DNA of 64,000 nt from Opitutaceae bacterium (GCA_051252375.1 JBPOFY010000002.1:320001-384000), one strand, 5' to 3'. Shown: positions 49,849-60,089, counted from the first letter of the stretch. Program-made: numbers and translations. Notes: a model not told the origin generated them from the sequence alone.

Positions 49849-50359
49849 ACCATCCAATAAGAAGCGAGGCATGAGCCTAGTCGAGCTCATCGTCGCCGTA
49901 ACGATCTTTGGTTTTGTCGCAATCGGCTCGGCAAGTTCCGCCGTCCTCTTTGCTAAAATTGCCAGCAGTCATGAAAACCAGTCGGACTTCCGCAGCGACC
50001 TGCGTATCGGATTCGAACAAATGTCCTTTGATGTGCGCAACGCCAACGGTGTCTCCAATCGTGCGAACAAAACCTTCACCCTCACTTACACTGACAGCCC
50101 AGATATCCGCTATTGGTATAACGCAAGCAAGGAGGTTATCTACCGTCAAGAAGTCGGCGGCTCAAGGACGACCGTCATTCACAACGTAAGTGCCTTTGAC
50201 GTGCTCACCAGCTCTGGAGATGTGGGTAACAATACCATTCTGACCTATGACAGTGATGAGATCTCACTGGAGACAATCACCCTCAGGACGAGCAATGGAC
50301 GCACAAAGGAGTCTGAACTCACGATGACGAATCTAACCCTTAAACTACGCAGCAGCTAA
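49835..50359 (+). CDS. Prepilin-type protein (PilW/GspJ-like)
   Basis: AGGAGG then GTG at 49835; KRG|MSLVEL; DVRNA. Confidence 0.88.
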   Translation: MQIVKPSNKKRGMSLVELIVAVTIFGFVAIGSASSAVLFAKIASSHENQSDFRSDLRIGFEQMSFDVRNANGVSNRANKTFTLTYTDSPDIRYWYNASKEVIYRQEVGGSRTTVIHNVSAFDVLTSSGDVGNNTILTYDSDEISLETITLRTSNGRTKESELTMTNLTLKLRSS

Positions 50360-51192
50360 TGCAATCGACACACAAACATACCGTTGATGCCATCGCTTCG
50401 AGTCAAAGAGGCTCGGCTTTGATCATTTCTATCATTTTCACTGCGGTGATAACAATCGGTCTCGCAGGCTTATTGCCAATGATGCTCACCGAGTGGAAAA
50501 GTAATTCACGCAACAGTGCCCAGGAAGCCGCTTTTAGTTTAGCGGAATCTGGTGTCGACGAAGCCATCTGGGCGATTCTCGAATACGGCAGCGACGAGGA
50601 ATTGTGGATTAAGGGAGAGTGGAAAGCATCGGATAACGGCAATTATTGGTATAAAGAATGGGCACTCGCAGAGATGAGCGTGGAACTCGGAGATATATAT
50701 AGCCTCGATGAAGGGCGAGAAGGCTTATATCGCGTCATCGCCCAGAAGATAAATGGCTCAGTAATTAATATTGTCAGCCAAGGCATCGTCATTGGCGGGT
50801 CGAATGTAGCGAGTGACTTCGAAGTCACTCGCTATATCGAAACTCAATTCCGACGCCCCAACCCTGCAGGGTATGGACTGATTGCACGCGATGGATTGGA
50901 TTTCAATGGGAAGCCCTTCTTCGACAGTTACGACTCAAGAGAATTCCCCTATGATTACTCCTTCGAGGTCAACAGCGGCGACGAAGTCACTGTTGGTTCC
51001 GTCTCTGAAGCGCTCGTCAAACTCGATTTAGGCAACTCCATCATCTATGGCGACCTCGCAACTGGCGGCGCGGATGACGGCTCCGACCCAAGAAGCGGAT
51101 CGACCGTTACCGGCGATATGATTTGGGACTTTGACATGGACTTCCCAGAAGTCACCAAACCCGCTGGCTATACTTCCTGGAGTGCACCTTAA
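50359..51192 (+). CDS. PilX/GspK-like minor pilin, N-terminal part
   Basis: QRG|SALII (no Glu5), AFSLAESGVDEA and FDSYDS; TAATG overlap with the previous gene. Confidence 0.85.
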   Translation: MQSTHKHTVDAIASSQRGSALIISIIFTAVITIGLAGLLPMMLTEWKSNSRNSAQEAAFSLAESGVDEAIWAILEYGSDEELWIKGEWKASDNGNYWYKEWALAEMSVELGDIYSLDEGREGLYRVIAQKINGSVINIVSQGIVIGGSNVASDFEVTRYIETQFRRPNPAGYGLIARDGLDFNGKPFFDSYDSREFPYDYSFEVNSGDEVTVGSVSEALVKLDLGNSIIYGDLATGGADDGSDPRSGSTVTGDMIWDFDMDFPEVTKPAGYTSWSAP

Positions 51193-51212
51193 AACTTTAA
51201 ACATCACGTATC

Positions 51213-52157
51213 ATGATTACTACACCACACTATCAAAAAGCTATCCGACTATTTTGCATATTTAGTCTCTGCCTGACTGTGCCATTAATGTTACCATCAT
51301 TGGAGGCAAAAAATGATAAAACGCCTCCAGGCCAAGATAAGAAGGACGACACTGACACCGGAACCGACACCGGAACCGACACTGGAACTGACACCGGAAC
51401 CGATACTGGGACCGACACTGGAACAGATACTGGGACCGATACTGGGACCGATACTGGAACAGATACTGGGACCGATACTAGCGAAGAAAAAAGTAATGGT
51501 AACAGCGGCAACAACGGTAACAGCGGCAACAGCGGCAACAGCGGCAACACACTTGGCAACGCAAGTGGATTAACCACCAAATACTATGTCAGTGGTGACT
51601 GGAGCATTAGCAAAGACACCGAGATAGTCGGCCCCGTCATTATCGTTGTCGATGGCGACTGGAACATTGGAAACAATACAGTCACGATAGCTTCAGGCGG
51701 CAGTCTAAAGGCTTACGTCGGTGGCGATATTGCCGTCAAGGGCAATGGCGGCGTCAACAACACCCAAAAGCCCGCAAAGCTAGTTGTGCTCGGCACACAC
51801 CCTTACATTGAAGACGAAACCGCTTCCCCCGCTTACTCATGGACACTGAGTGGCAATGGTTATCTTAGCGGTGTAGTGTATGCACCCAGCGCAGAATATC
51901 GGACAAACGGTGGTGGTAATGCCGGAGCAACACTCGGTTCTGTGGTAGCAATGGATATTCGCTTTAATGGTTCTCCCGGACCTTTCCATTTCGATGAATC
52001 GCTTGCAGACTTAGACCTTGGTTTCGGAAGTTATTCACTCTCCTCTTATGACCTATTGAGAACTGGGCAAGCCATACCTTCGGATGAAATGAAAGCTATC
52101 GTCGGATCTAAGGATTACGATGCACTCTTCTCTTCTCTGTTCGACAAAGAGCGCTAA
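51213..52157 (+). CDS. Secreted protein with a TDTG-repeat linker and a beta-rich pilin-tip-like C-terminal domain
   Basis: Signal peptide, 11 x TDT[GS], GVVYAPSA, GSVVA and FHFDESL. Confidence 0.75.
   Translation: MITTPHYQKAIRLFCIFSLCLTVPLMLPSLEAKNDKTPPGQDKKDDTDTGTDTGTDTGTDTGTDTGTDTGTDTGTDTGTDTGTDTGTDTSEEKSNGNSGNNGNSGNSGNSGNTLGNASGLTTKYYVSGDWSISKDTEIVGPVIIVVDGDWNIGNNTVTIASGGSLKAYVGGDIAVKGNGGVNNTQKPAKLVVLGTHPYIEDETASPAYSWTLSGNGYLSGVVYAPSAEYRTNGGGNAGATLGSVVAMDIRFNGSPGPFHFDESLADLDLGFGSYSLSSYDLLRTGQAIPSDEMKAIVGSKDYDALFSSLFDKER
51351..51548 (+). repeat. Coding tandem repeats: 11 x 12 bp (TDTG), then ~9-bp GNS/GNN units
   Basis: ACNGAYACYGGR units at 51351-51482; GGYAACARC units at 51498-51548. 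Confidence 0.95.
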
Positions 52158-52172
52158 AGGGATCACACTCGT

Positions 52173-52781
52173 GTGATCTTTTCCTTAAATCACAGTCACT
52201 TTTCAAAGTTCCGCAAACTCACAAGGTGGAGTCTTGGGGCATCAGCAATTGTCGCAATATCAGCAGTTTCGCTGCTTGCAGAAAGTCGCACGTGGACTTC
52301 GACATCAGGCTCCAAGATTCAGGCGGACTATCTTGGAACATTCGATGAAGTCGCTTGGTTTCAATCTAGCGAACGTCTGCTCAAGATGCCTTCCAAGTAT
52401 ATCTCGGAAACGGACTTAGGGCTAATCGAAGACGGCTCGATCCAACCGACTATCCCTGCGGGACAGGTCGATGACACTCCTGAATCAATCGCCCTACTCG
52501 ATCAGCTTTGGACGACTGAAGCGCCGCTACTAGAACTCGACGATCAAGGCATGACACTGAGCGAGTGTTTCGACCTATGGCTGGCGCCGCTTCAAAACGA
52601 CGACCCCGAGGTCGCGCCCTTAGCTGTCAAATTCACTCGCCGCAGTGACTCAAAAAAGACGATCATCACACCGCTTAAGCCCGACAGTCTTTATGATGTG
52701 ATCACCGCCGCACTTGAATCTCAGGAAAGAACTTTTCAGTTAAGAGAAGGCAGCGTTGTCGTCTTACGCCAAAAGAAGTAA
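52173..52781 (+). CDS. Secreted SHD1-like domain protein
   Basis: RTWTSTSGSKIQA...ISETD motif after a signal peptide. Confidence 0.7.
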   Translation: MIFSLNHSHFSKFRKLTRWSLGASAIVAISAVSLLAESRTWTSTSGSKIQADYLGTFDEVAWFQSSERLLKMPSKYISETDLGLIEDGSIQPTIPAGQVDDTPESIALLDQLWTTEAPLLELDDQGMTLSECFDLWLAPLQNDDPEVAPLAVKFTRRSDSKKTIITPLKPDSLYDVITAALESQERTFQLREGSVVVLRQKK

Positions 52782-52787
52782 GACCCA

Positions 52788-55130
52788 TTATTCTTCGCTC
52801 ATATTCAGGCGAACAAAGCGCTTGGCGCCACTGGCATCGATATCTACATCCTGCTGTTCTCCGACCTCAACCAAGTCAACGGGTGCGGTATCAGAGTCCC
52901 ACACACCACTGCCAGTCCAGTCACCTAATACTGGGATCGACTCAACAACATAGCGGACGGTTGGCTGCGCGCGTGTAAAACTAAAGGTGTAAGTCTGCGT
53001 GCCTGCGTGAAGCACGCCACTGGGCAACGACCCACTGGTTGCATCGTCAGGATTCGACCCCAGCGCATATTCCACAAAGTTGATGATACCATCACCGTCA
53101 GGATCATCGCCTTGCCCGTCGTCCACGATACTGGGATAATTAAATGCAAACCAACTTGCAAAATCCGTAACCTCATCACCCGGCAAACCCTCTCTAACCA
53201 CGATCGTATCAATCGAGATATCACTTTGAAAACTCGATCCGGTTTCACCACGGAAACGTAGGCGGACTACTTGGCCGGCATAATCCTCTAAGCTCACAGA
53301 GGCTGGCAACCAGTTGACACCTTGACTGCCGGAGAGCGTGAAATGTTGCGTCCAAGTCTGACCGGCATCAGCCGATACTTCAAAATGAAGCGTGCCCATA
53401 TTACCGGTATCTCCGTCCCACATGTGGTAGTAAAATGAGATCATCGGGGTCGCCAAATTCGAAAAGTCAAAGTCCGCCTCAATGATCGCGGTTTCGTTAT
53501 AGTTATAACTCGCCTCAGTGAAGCCATATCGGCTCCCACTGTGGGCAGCAGTCGGACCAGTATTCGAACTGGGTGTGCTGCCAGTTTCATCCAAGGTCCA
53601 ATCGATGCTATCGCTCTCCGACTGCATCCAATTGATTTCGCCACTTTCAAAGCCATAATCGTATGGAAAAGTCTGAAACGGGTATTCCAGCGGATCACGA
53701 AACGCCGCATAAAATGTGCGACCATCACGAATGACTAGCGCGGCATTCGCATTCGTTGCGTCGCCCGTAGGATTTCCACTGTAAAGGATATCCGGATTGG
53801 AGAAATGCCCCACACGATTGTATTCATCACCACCACTACCGTTGAAATTCTCATAGGTCATGACGGAACAATACCCAACACTCGCGGAACTGCTCGCATC
53901 GCTCCATTGCCAACCTGCAGCGTAATACGCAATACCACTACTATAGGCTTGTTGCGATTGCGTGCGTGAATGCCCTAAGCCCATGTTATGACCGATCTCA
54001 TGAATGGTCGTGTAGCTCGTAGTATCGCTCTGCTGCACACGAACCAAACAAAACGCCAGATCCGGACGCTCATAACTGGTCGGTCGATAACCCAATCCGC
54101 CAACACTTTGAGTATCGATAAACAAGACCACAAAATCCGCACCGTAGAGATCGCGAAGTGTATGCACATTCCCCATATAAGCATCATCCACTCCTTTGAA
54201 ACGACTCAGGTCTGTATTTGCACTGGAAGACTGGGTATAATTGACCTCTGCACTATGCACTAAGTCTAGCTGCATTTGTGTGTCACTATTGGACAACACA
54301 GCATTCGCCAACAACAGAGACTGCGAAATATTCAGCTCCATATTTGCCACACTCCCTTCAATCGCAAGTGCGGCTGAGGTATAAACGATCATCACGCCTG
54401 AAGTTGTCTCTGTGCTCTCATCGCCTTCAACCTGTGGAGCCGGAGTCGTCGTATTCTCAACCTCTGCCGATAGTGGCGCGGCCTCTAAATGCCCATGCTC
54501 ATCGTTCGCGCAGCCATACACCTCACTGCCGGCATCATCTATTTCCAGCAGTAAATGCACACCTCGTTCGACATCGTAGCGAATCTGAAAGTCGCTATGA
54601 TTCTTCGCGTCACTCAACCAAGCTCGAATAATACCGCCCGTCGATGATAGCGCGATAAAACCATGCGGATCATCCTCTAACTGAGCCCTGATCGCGAGTG
54701 TGCCATCCGCACGGCCCCAGAGCTGTGATGTTTGCACACGTGCCCGGTAGGTTTCTCCAAAAATATCGACCGTCAGCAAATCGCCAACTTCCAGGGTGTC
54801 GATTGCCACGTTGAAAAGCACCTCATTGACCTCTACTTCAATCGCACGATGCGCCGCAGGGTTGAGGCGATCCCAATCGACTGGCGCCCCCGCTGATAGC
54901 AATATCGGCAAAGTCTCACCACGGTCAGCTGGGATCAACAAAGGCGCCGTTATTGCAACGCGATCAGTTTGATCCAGCGAGGTAGCTGGAAGCATGACCG
55001 CCGAGGTCATTTCATTTTCAACAAGCGATGCAGTCACAGCCAATTCCACTTTCTCAATCGGAAGCGCCCACCAAGCAACCAGCGTCAGTAAGGCACAAAA
55101 AAGTAATAGTGACCGTCTCGATGGTAGCAT
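52788..55130 (-). CDS. Secreted M12/reprolysin-like metalloprotease with one MAM domain
   Basis: HEIGHNMGLGH, SVMTY, FSNP, GSTPSSNTGP...FYYHM, DPDGDG and KRFVRL. Confidence 0.88.
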   Translation of the reverse strand: MLPSRRSLLLFCALLTLVAWWALPIEKVELAVTASLVENEMTSAVMLPATSLDQTDRVAITAPLLIPADRGETLPILLSAGAPVDWDRLNPAAHRAIEVEVNEVLFNVAIDTLEVGDLLTVDIFGETYRARVQTSQLWGRADGTLAIRAQLEDDPHGFIALSSTGGIIRAWLSDAKNHSDFQIRYDVERGVHLLLEIDDAGSEVYGCANDEHGHLEAAPLSAEVENTTTPAPQVEGDESTETTSGVMIVYTSAALAIEGSVANMELNISQSLLLANAVLSNSDTQMQLDLVHSAEVNYTQSSSANTDLSRFKGVDDAYMGNVHTLRDLYGADFVVLFIDTQSVGGLGYRPTSYERPDLAFCLVRVQQSDTTSYTTIHEIGHNMGLGHSRTQSQQAYSSGIAYYAAGWQWSDASSSASVGYCSVMTYENFNGSGGDEYNRVGHFSNPDILYSGNPTGDATNANAALVIRDGRTFYAAFRDPLEYPFQTFPYDYGFESGEINWMQSESDSIDWTLDETGSTPSSNTGPTAAHSGSRYGFTEASYNYNETAIIEADFDFSNLATPMISFYYHMWDGDTGNMGTLHFEVSADAGQTWTQHFTLSGSQGVNWLPASVSLEDYAGQVVRLRFRGETGSSFQSDISIDTIVVREGLPGDEVTDFASWFAFNYPSIVDDGQGDDPDGDGIINFVEYALGSNPDDATSGSLPSGVLHAGTQTYTFSFTRAQPTVRYVVESIPVLGDWTGSGVWDSDTAPVDLVEVGEQQDVDIDASGAKRFVRLNMSEE

Positions 55131-55196
55131 AGATAATACCTTGGATTAATTCAGCGTAACTGACAAACCATGATTAACGTCCTATCCCGTGTAATT

Positions 55197-55271
55197 GCAG
55201 CCAGAGTATAAACAATCATCACGCCAGAATTGTCTCGTTGAGTTCATCGCCATCGACCAGTGGCTCCGGAG
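55197..55271 (-). pseudogene. Diverged ~75-bp remnant copy of an internal segment of the adjacent protease gene
   Basis: GTATAAACAATCATCACGCCAGAA-TTGTCTC...TCATCGCC...CCGGAG matches 54370-54445. Confidence 0.7.
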
Positions 55272-55280
55272 CATACTTCA

Positions 55281-56561
55281 TTAAGTTTCAACCGCGACTG
55301 CCTCGGACTGCTCATGCCTCTTCCCTAAGTAGACTCCTACAAATCCCCAAAGAATCGCAACCACAGCTCCCACACATAAAATTGCAGAAGCCCCGAGGTT
55401 GAGTACGCCATCCCCGAGAAACGCAATTATCCAAATCCAAAATACGTCGCCGCCACGATATACCGCTACGTCGATGATAGGTTTTGTTTTGAAGCGTGCC
55501 TCACGATCCACGGCGGTATAGAGAATCTCACGGCCAGGACGGGTGATGGCATAGTTACCAGCTCGACGAGTCACTTGAAGAGCTAAAACCAATAATATTG
55601 CGGGGTTAGCACTCAGTAGTAGCAATAATAAGCCAACAATAAAGGGAACCATGGACAGAGTAGTCGGCATGCCAAATCTCCGTGCGATTCGATTGGTGGC
55701 GAATACACCCAACACGATCGTCAAGATGTTCGTGGCTAGTTCAACACTTCCAAGCAACTGCTTCCGCTCAATGCTAGTATAATCAATAAGCAGTGTCTTC
55801 TGGGTTGAGTAGAGGAATGCGCTCACTCCGGTAAATAGAAAGATGAAAACAGCAATTCCAATCAAACGCTTGTGAGTCAATAACTCCATGAAACCCGAAA
55901 ACGGATTGGGGCTGAGTTTCATATTGGTTTGCTCCTGGTTCTCCTTCTGATCGAAATAACGATTGAGAAATGCGATCAAGGGAAGCGTGAACATTAGCAC
56001 TGCGCTAGTGACCAAAAGAATGTTTTCGACGCTCATGCTCTTCGCGAGCCATAGAATCAATAAAGGACCCGCAATGGCTCCAGCACTGGCACCCGTATTA
56101 ATGAATCCGAAAATCCGTTTACTTTCCCCTTTGGTATAGTGCTGTGAGATAAAACTCCAGAAAACCGAGATATGAAACAGACTGAAGACACTACTCCAAA
56201 CATAGAAGATCTTACCCAATACGGTAACTTCTACGTCTGCTCGATAGGCTAAGAAGATTCCAAGAAAGCTTATGGCGAAAAATACAAATACCCCAGGAAC
56301 GAGACGACGCAGAGAGACCTTTGAAGCAAAGACATTGTAGATGGATACCGCTATCGTCGAAACGATGAAGGTATAAGTCCACTGCTGGGCAAGACTAACA
56401 TCCCCCCAGTCACTAGGAAGCGCATCACGAACCGGCTTCATTATCATGTAAGAAGCCATCAGGAGAAAGATGAAGACAAACGATACCAGCGCCCCCTTGA
56501 TTTCAGAGGGTTCAACTTGTGTTAGTCGGGTGAAGAAATTGGGCTGTTTATTTGAAGTCAT
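55281..56561 (-). CDS. MFS transporter of the nucleotide (ATP/ADP) antiporter-like family
   Basis: KPVRDA, SVFWSF, RIFGFI..GASAGAI, RPGREILYT and KTKPIIDVAVYRGGD motifs. Confidence 0.88.
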   Translation of the reverse strand: MTSNKQPNFFTRLTQVEPSEIKGALVSFVFIFLLMASYMIMKPVRDALPSDWGDVSLAQQWTYTFIVSTIAVSIYNVFASKVSLRRLVPGVFVFFAISFLGIFLAYRADVEVTVLGKIFYVWSSVFSLFHISVFWSFISQHYTKGESKRIFGFINTGASAGAIAGPLLILWLAKSMSVENILLVTSAVLMFTLPLIAFLNRYFDQKENQEQTNMKLSPNPFSGFMELLTHKRLIGIAVFIFLFTGVSAFLYSTQKTLLIDYTSIERKQLLGSVELATNILTIVLGVFATNRIARRFGMPTTLSMVPFIVGLLLLLLSANPAILLVLALQVTRRAGNYAITRPGREILYTAVDREARFKTKPIIDVAVYRGGDVFWIWIIAFLGDGVLNLGASAILCVGAVVAILWGFVGVYLGKRHEQSEAVAVET

Positions 56562-56628
56562 AAAAAGAGATTACTCAGTATCGAGTAATCAGCATCGATA
56601 AGATGAGGCTAGTATGGACAGGCAGTAG

Positions 56629-57411
56629 TTACCAAGGAAGCTCACTGCCATCGAAATACCAGAACCTACCCGATTGATTAGGCTTTAAGCCATCAATTAG
56701 CGGGATAATTTCCCCGATACTCTCTTCCGGTTCCATTTTAGCACGGTCTGTCCCCATGTCTGTCTTATTGTGCCCAGGTGCCAGCGCTATCACGATGAAC
56801 CCCTGCTTCTTCAAATTCGTATGCATGCACTTCGTCGCCATATTCAAGGCGGTTTTACTCACGCTGTATCCCCATGCAGACTTATCTCTCTGACTCAGGA
56901 TACTCGAACGTGTTGAAATATTGATAATTTTAGGCGACTTAGAAAGCTTGAGATTCGGTAGCAATCCCTGGGTAACAAAGATGGGGCCGAGTGTATTGAC
57001 ATTAATGCAATCCGTCATTTCCTCGCGGGTCAAATTCTTGATTGTGGGCCTCCCCTTTTCACCTATTCCGACAGGGCCAAAGTAGCCAGCATTATTGATC
57101 AATATATCAATTTTCCTTCCTTTGAGTGCCTCAGCAAGTGCCGCGATGTCTTCCTCGCTGGTGACATCCAGCTTGACCACCTCTGCACCGATGGCCTTCA
57201 GCTCGGTAGCTCTCTCTGGACTACGTGCTGACCCAATAACATGATAACCCGCAGCGGCATACTGTGTGGCAAATTCCAAGCCCAAGCCTCGGTTCGCACC
57301 TGTGATAAAGATCGTTTTGGCTTCTTCTTGTTTTTCGGCATCAGCATGAACTGACAATGAAAAAATAGAGCTTAAAATAGCAAAAATTAGGGTAAATCGT
57401 ATTGTATTCAT
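56629..57411 (-). CDS. SDR oxidoreductase (CsgA/C-factor-like) with a predicted signal peptide
   Basis: TGANRGLG, NNAG, YSVSK, PGHNKTDM and a DGSELPW end. Confidence 0.9.
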   Translation of the reverse strand: MNTIRFTLIFAILSSIFSLSVHADAEKQEEAKTIFITGANRGLGLEFATQYAAAGYHVIGSARSPERATELKAIGAEVVKLDVTSEEDIAALAEALKGRKIDILINNAGYFGPVGIGEKGRPTIKNLTREEMTDCINVNTLGPIFVTQGLLPNLKLSKSPKIINISTRSSILSQRDKSAWGYSVSKTALNMATKCMHTNLKKQGFIVIALAPGHNKTDMGTDRAKMEPEESIGEIIPLIDGLKPNQSGRFWYFDGSELPW

Positions 57412-57826
57412 TAATGGTAGTTTGGTTAAAAGTTTTTTTGACAGCACCATAGTATGATTAAGCGCAGAAGATGTCTATGGCGCGTTTAAGTGATAGCGCA
57501 TTTTACACTTACTTAAACTCAATAATGCAAACGAGTTGTTTAACAAGAGTTCTTTCAGACTAAGGGATTGTTAATCCGCCACATCTCAGATGCCTAGCAT
57601 TGAAGATGAGGTCACCTTTATGGTATTCTAAAAGCTCTTAAGCAACATACGCCGCCGACCGCCCTCGCAGTCACCGATACAGATTCGCTCCCTTGTCGCG
57701 CCAGTGGCAAAGCACACATCTCATCCTATTATGCAACATCAGAGAGCAAGGGACTGACGACGTGTAGGGTGCTTGCGACATGACTGAATTTTCCAATCAG
57801 ATATGGCCTATAATGAAAGGCTGAAT

Positions 57827-58453
57827 TCAGTCTGACTTTTCAATTTCATACCATGCCTCGACCATCGCTTTCACTGCTTCGGCGGATTCGGCTTCTTTAA
57901 AGGTCATTGAAGCTGAATTGATACAATAGCGTAGTCCGGTCGGCTTTGGTCCATCACTGAAAACATGCCCTTGGTGCGATCCACAAACGTTACAATGCAC
58001 CTCATCGCGAATCATGCCATAACTGGTGTCGCGAGTCACCCCGACGATGCGCTCATCGAGGGGTTGCGTAAAGCTCGGCCAGCCAGTGCCTGAATTAAAT
58101 TTATCCGTGCTACTGAACAATGGTGTGTCACAACCCACACAACTGTAGAGACCGGTCTTCTTGTTATCATGATACGGATTGCCGAATGCGCGCTCTGTGC
58201 CCTGCTTGCGAGCGACTTGATATTGCAGATCGGTGAGGCGCGCTTTCCATTCCTCATCTGTGCGCTGCACTGGGTAATCATCGCCACTAAGATCGACATG
58301 CGACGGCAAGCCGCAAGCTGAGACACATTGGTTCACATCCACATCGGATGCGTCGGAAGAAGATGATTTTTCAGGCATAGCAAAAGTTAGCAGTGCACCT
58401 CCCATGAGGAGAACAAGGCAAAGCGGTAAAAATGATTTCAATAATGGTTTCAT
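57827..58453 (-). CDS. msrB: Peptide methionine-(R)-sulfoxide reductase, exported
   Basis: [29 protein letters not shown] and RYCINSAS motifs. Confidence 0.96.
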   Translation of the reverse strand: MKPLLKSFLPLCLVLLMGGALLTFAMPEKSSSSDASDVDVNQCVSACGLPSHVDLSGDDYPVQRTDEEWKARLTDLQYQVARKQGTERAFGNPYHDNKKTGLYSCVGCDTPLFSSTDKFNSGTGWPSFTQPLDERIVGVTRDTSYGMIRDEVHCNVCGSHQGHVFSDGPKPTGLRYCINSASMTFKEAESAEAVKAMVEAWYEIEKSD

Positions 58454-58531
58454 GTTAAAGAGATGAAAGAGACGGTAAACTTATTCCCCACCTGTGCAAC
58501 CTTAGGACACAATTTCTGGGGCTCAATCTAC

Positions 58532-58868
58532 CTAAAACAGACGATCCAAGGCATCAGGATGCCGAACCTCTGTCAGAGTGCCTTTAAATCGCTCGTCGAG
58601 CACATCGAGTATCTCCTGCCCGATCTTCGCCGTAGCCTCTTCCAGCGGGATCAATGGCCCCTTTTTCGCATCCAGCACCTTGGCAACTACCGCTTTAGAG
58701 ACCTCTTCGACTGCCATTGCGTCAGGATCGTCATCAATGGTAGCAAATGCCTCGAGGTCGATATCATCGTCCTCAGGCTGCGGAGATTCGTCGCCGTTCG
58801 AGTTTCCAGTCTCAACCGCCGGCTCCAACGCAGGCACGCCTCCATCAGGATTCGGGACGACTAGGGCT
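58532..58868 (-). CDS. Probable tau-specific C-terminal extension of DnaX, in the -1 frame
   Basis: The frame is open from the A10 run ([17 protein letters not shown]...). Acidic linker followed by [17 protein letters not shown]. Confidence 0.65.
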
Positions 58869-60003
58869 TTTTTTTTTCGGGTTCTACGCCACTGGCCGCG
58901 GCAACTTGCTTGATCAAGCTATCGATCGCCCGCGAACGAGACTCTTCCGCCGCTTTTAGTAGAACCACTTCAAAATTCACCTTCTCGGACAAACCACGTT
59001 GCACCGAAGCTTCGCCACGATGCAAAGCATCAAGCATGCGCATAACCGATTCCGTTGTCAGTGACACACCGAGCTGATCAGTCGCGCCCTTATTATGGAT
59101 CGCATCCAATAAGGCTTCGCGAGTGTGCGCTTCGAGATCGAGCAGGATGCGATACAAGTCGCGCCCTTCATTGGCAAAGGCATCCACCGCCGCGATAATC
59201 GCAGGATAGTCGAGCGAACCAATCGCACTGGCCAGCGAAGCAATCCGCTCAGCCGAAACTAGACCATAGACATCCAGCACATCGCTCTCAGCAATCTTGC
59301 TACCACAAAAGGAGATCATCTGATCGAGAATCGACTGTGCATCGCGCATACCGCCATTGGCGAGGCGTGCAATTGAAGTGAGCGCAGCAGGCTCCACATC
59401 GATCCCCTCGGCCTTGGAGATTTCAGTCAGTTTATCAGCAATCACCTGATCGGAGATCGGACGAAACTCGAAACGCTGGCAACGCGACACGATCGTCGGC
59501 AACACCTTGTGCGCTTCCGTCGTAGCAAAGAAAAATTTAACGTGCTCCGGTGGTTCTTCCAGAGTCTTGAGCAGCGCATTAAAGGCCGCCGTAGAGAGCA
59601 TGTGCACCTCGTCGATAATATAGATTTTAAAGGTGCACTGCGTCGGCGCGTATTGGCAGTCGTCACGTAAGTCACGCACCTGGTCGACACTGTTGTTCGA
59701 GGCACCGTCGATCTCGATCACGTCCATGCAGGAGCCGTTCATAATGGCTTGGCTGATCTCGGACTCATTATCAGGAGTCGCGCACGGTCCACCCTCAGCA
59801 TTGAGCGCCTTAGCGAAGAGACGCGCCGTGCTCGTTTTACCCGTTCCGCGTGGTCCGACAAAGAGATAAGCATGCGCTATCCGGTTGGTATCGATCGCGT
59901 TACGTAATGTCTGCACGATATGATCCTGCCCCACCAGTTCACTAAACTGCTTTGGGCGCCAACGGCGTGCGATCACTTGATATCCTTTTTCCATCGAGGT
60001 CAT
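58861..60003 (-). CDS. dnaX: DNA polymerase III subunit gamma/tau
   Basis: [32 protein letters not shown] and GGMRDA motifs. Only 380 aa in the zero frame. Confidence 0.97.
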   Translation of the reverse strand: MTSMEKGYQVIARRWRPKQFSELVGQDHIVQTLRNAIDTNRIAHAYLFVGPRGTGKTSTARLFAKALNAEGGPCATPDNESEISQAIMNGSCMDVIEIDGASNNSVDQVRDLRDDCQYAPTQCTFKIYIIDEVHMLSTAAFNALLKTLEEPPEHVKFFFATTEAHKVLPTIVSRCQRFEFRPISDQVIADKLTEISKAEGIDVEPAALTSIARLANGGMRDAQSILDQMISFCGSKIAESDVLDVYGLVSAERIASLASAIGSLDYPAIIAAVDAFANEGRDLYRILLDLEAHTREALLDAIHNKGATDQLGVSLTTESVMRMLDALHRGEASVQRGLSEKVNFEVVLLKAAEESRSRAIDSLIKQVAAASGVEPEKKKP

Positions 60004-60089
60004 AAGAAAAGCTCTGATTCGCCCTCAGTGGCAAGGGACTTTTTCGGCTATTTTCAAGATCTACCAATGGATCCATATATCCGGACACA

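Noticed and set aside
51233..51580. Minus-strand PVSV/LLP repeat ORF
   Set aside because: It is the antisense reading of the TDTG/GNS repeats.
57450..57826. Possible structured RNA in the long SDR-msrB spacer (TCCCTTG...CAAGGGA)
   Set aside because: Only a 7-bp inverted match, and no recognisable riboswitch or sRNA motif.
58463..58959. Plus-strand ORFs opposite the dnaX tail
   Set aside because: Antisense shadows with no recognisable motifs.
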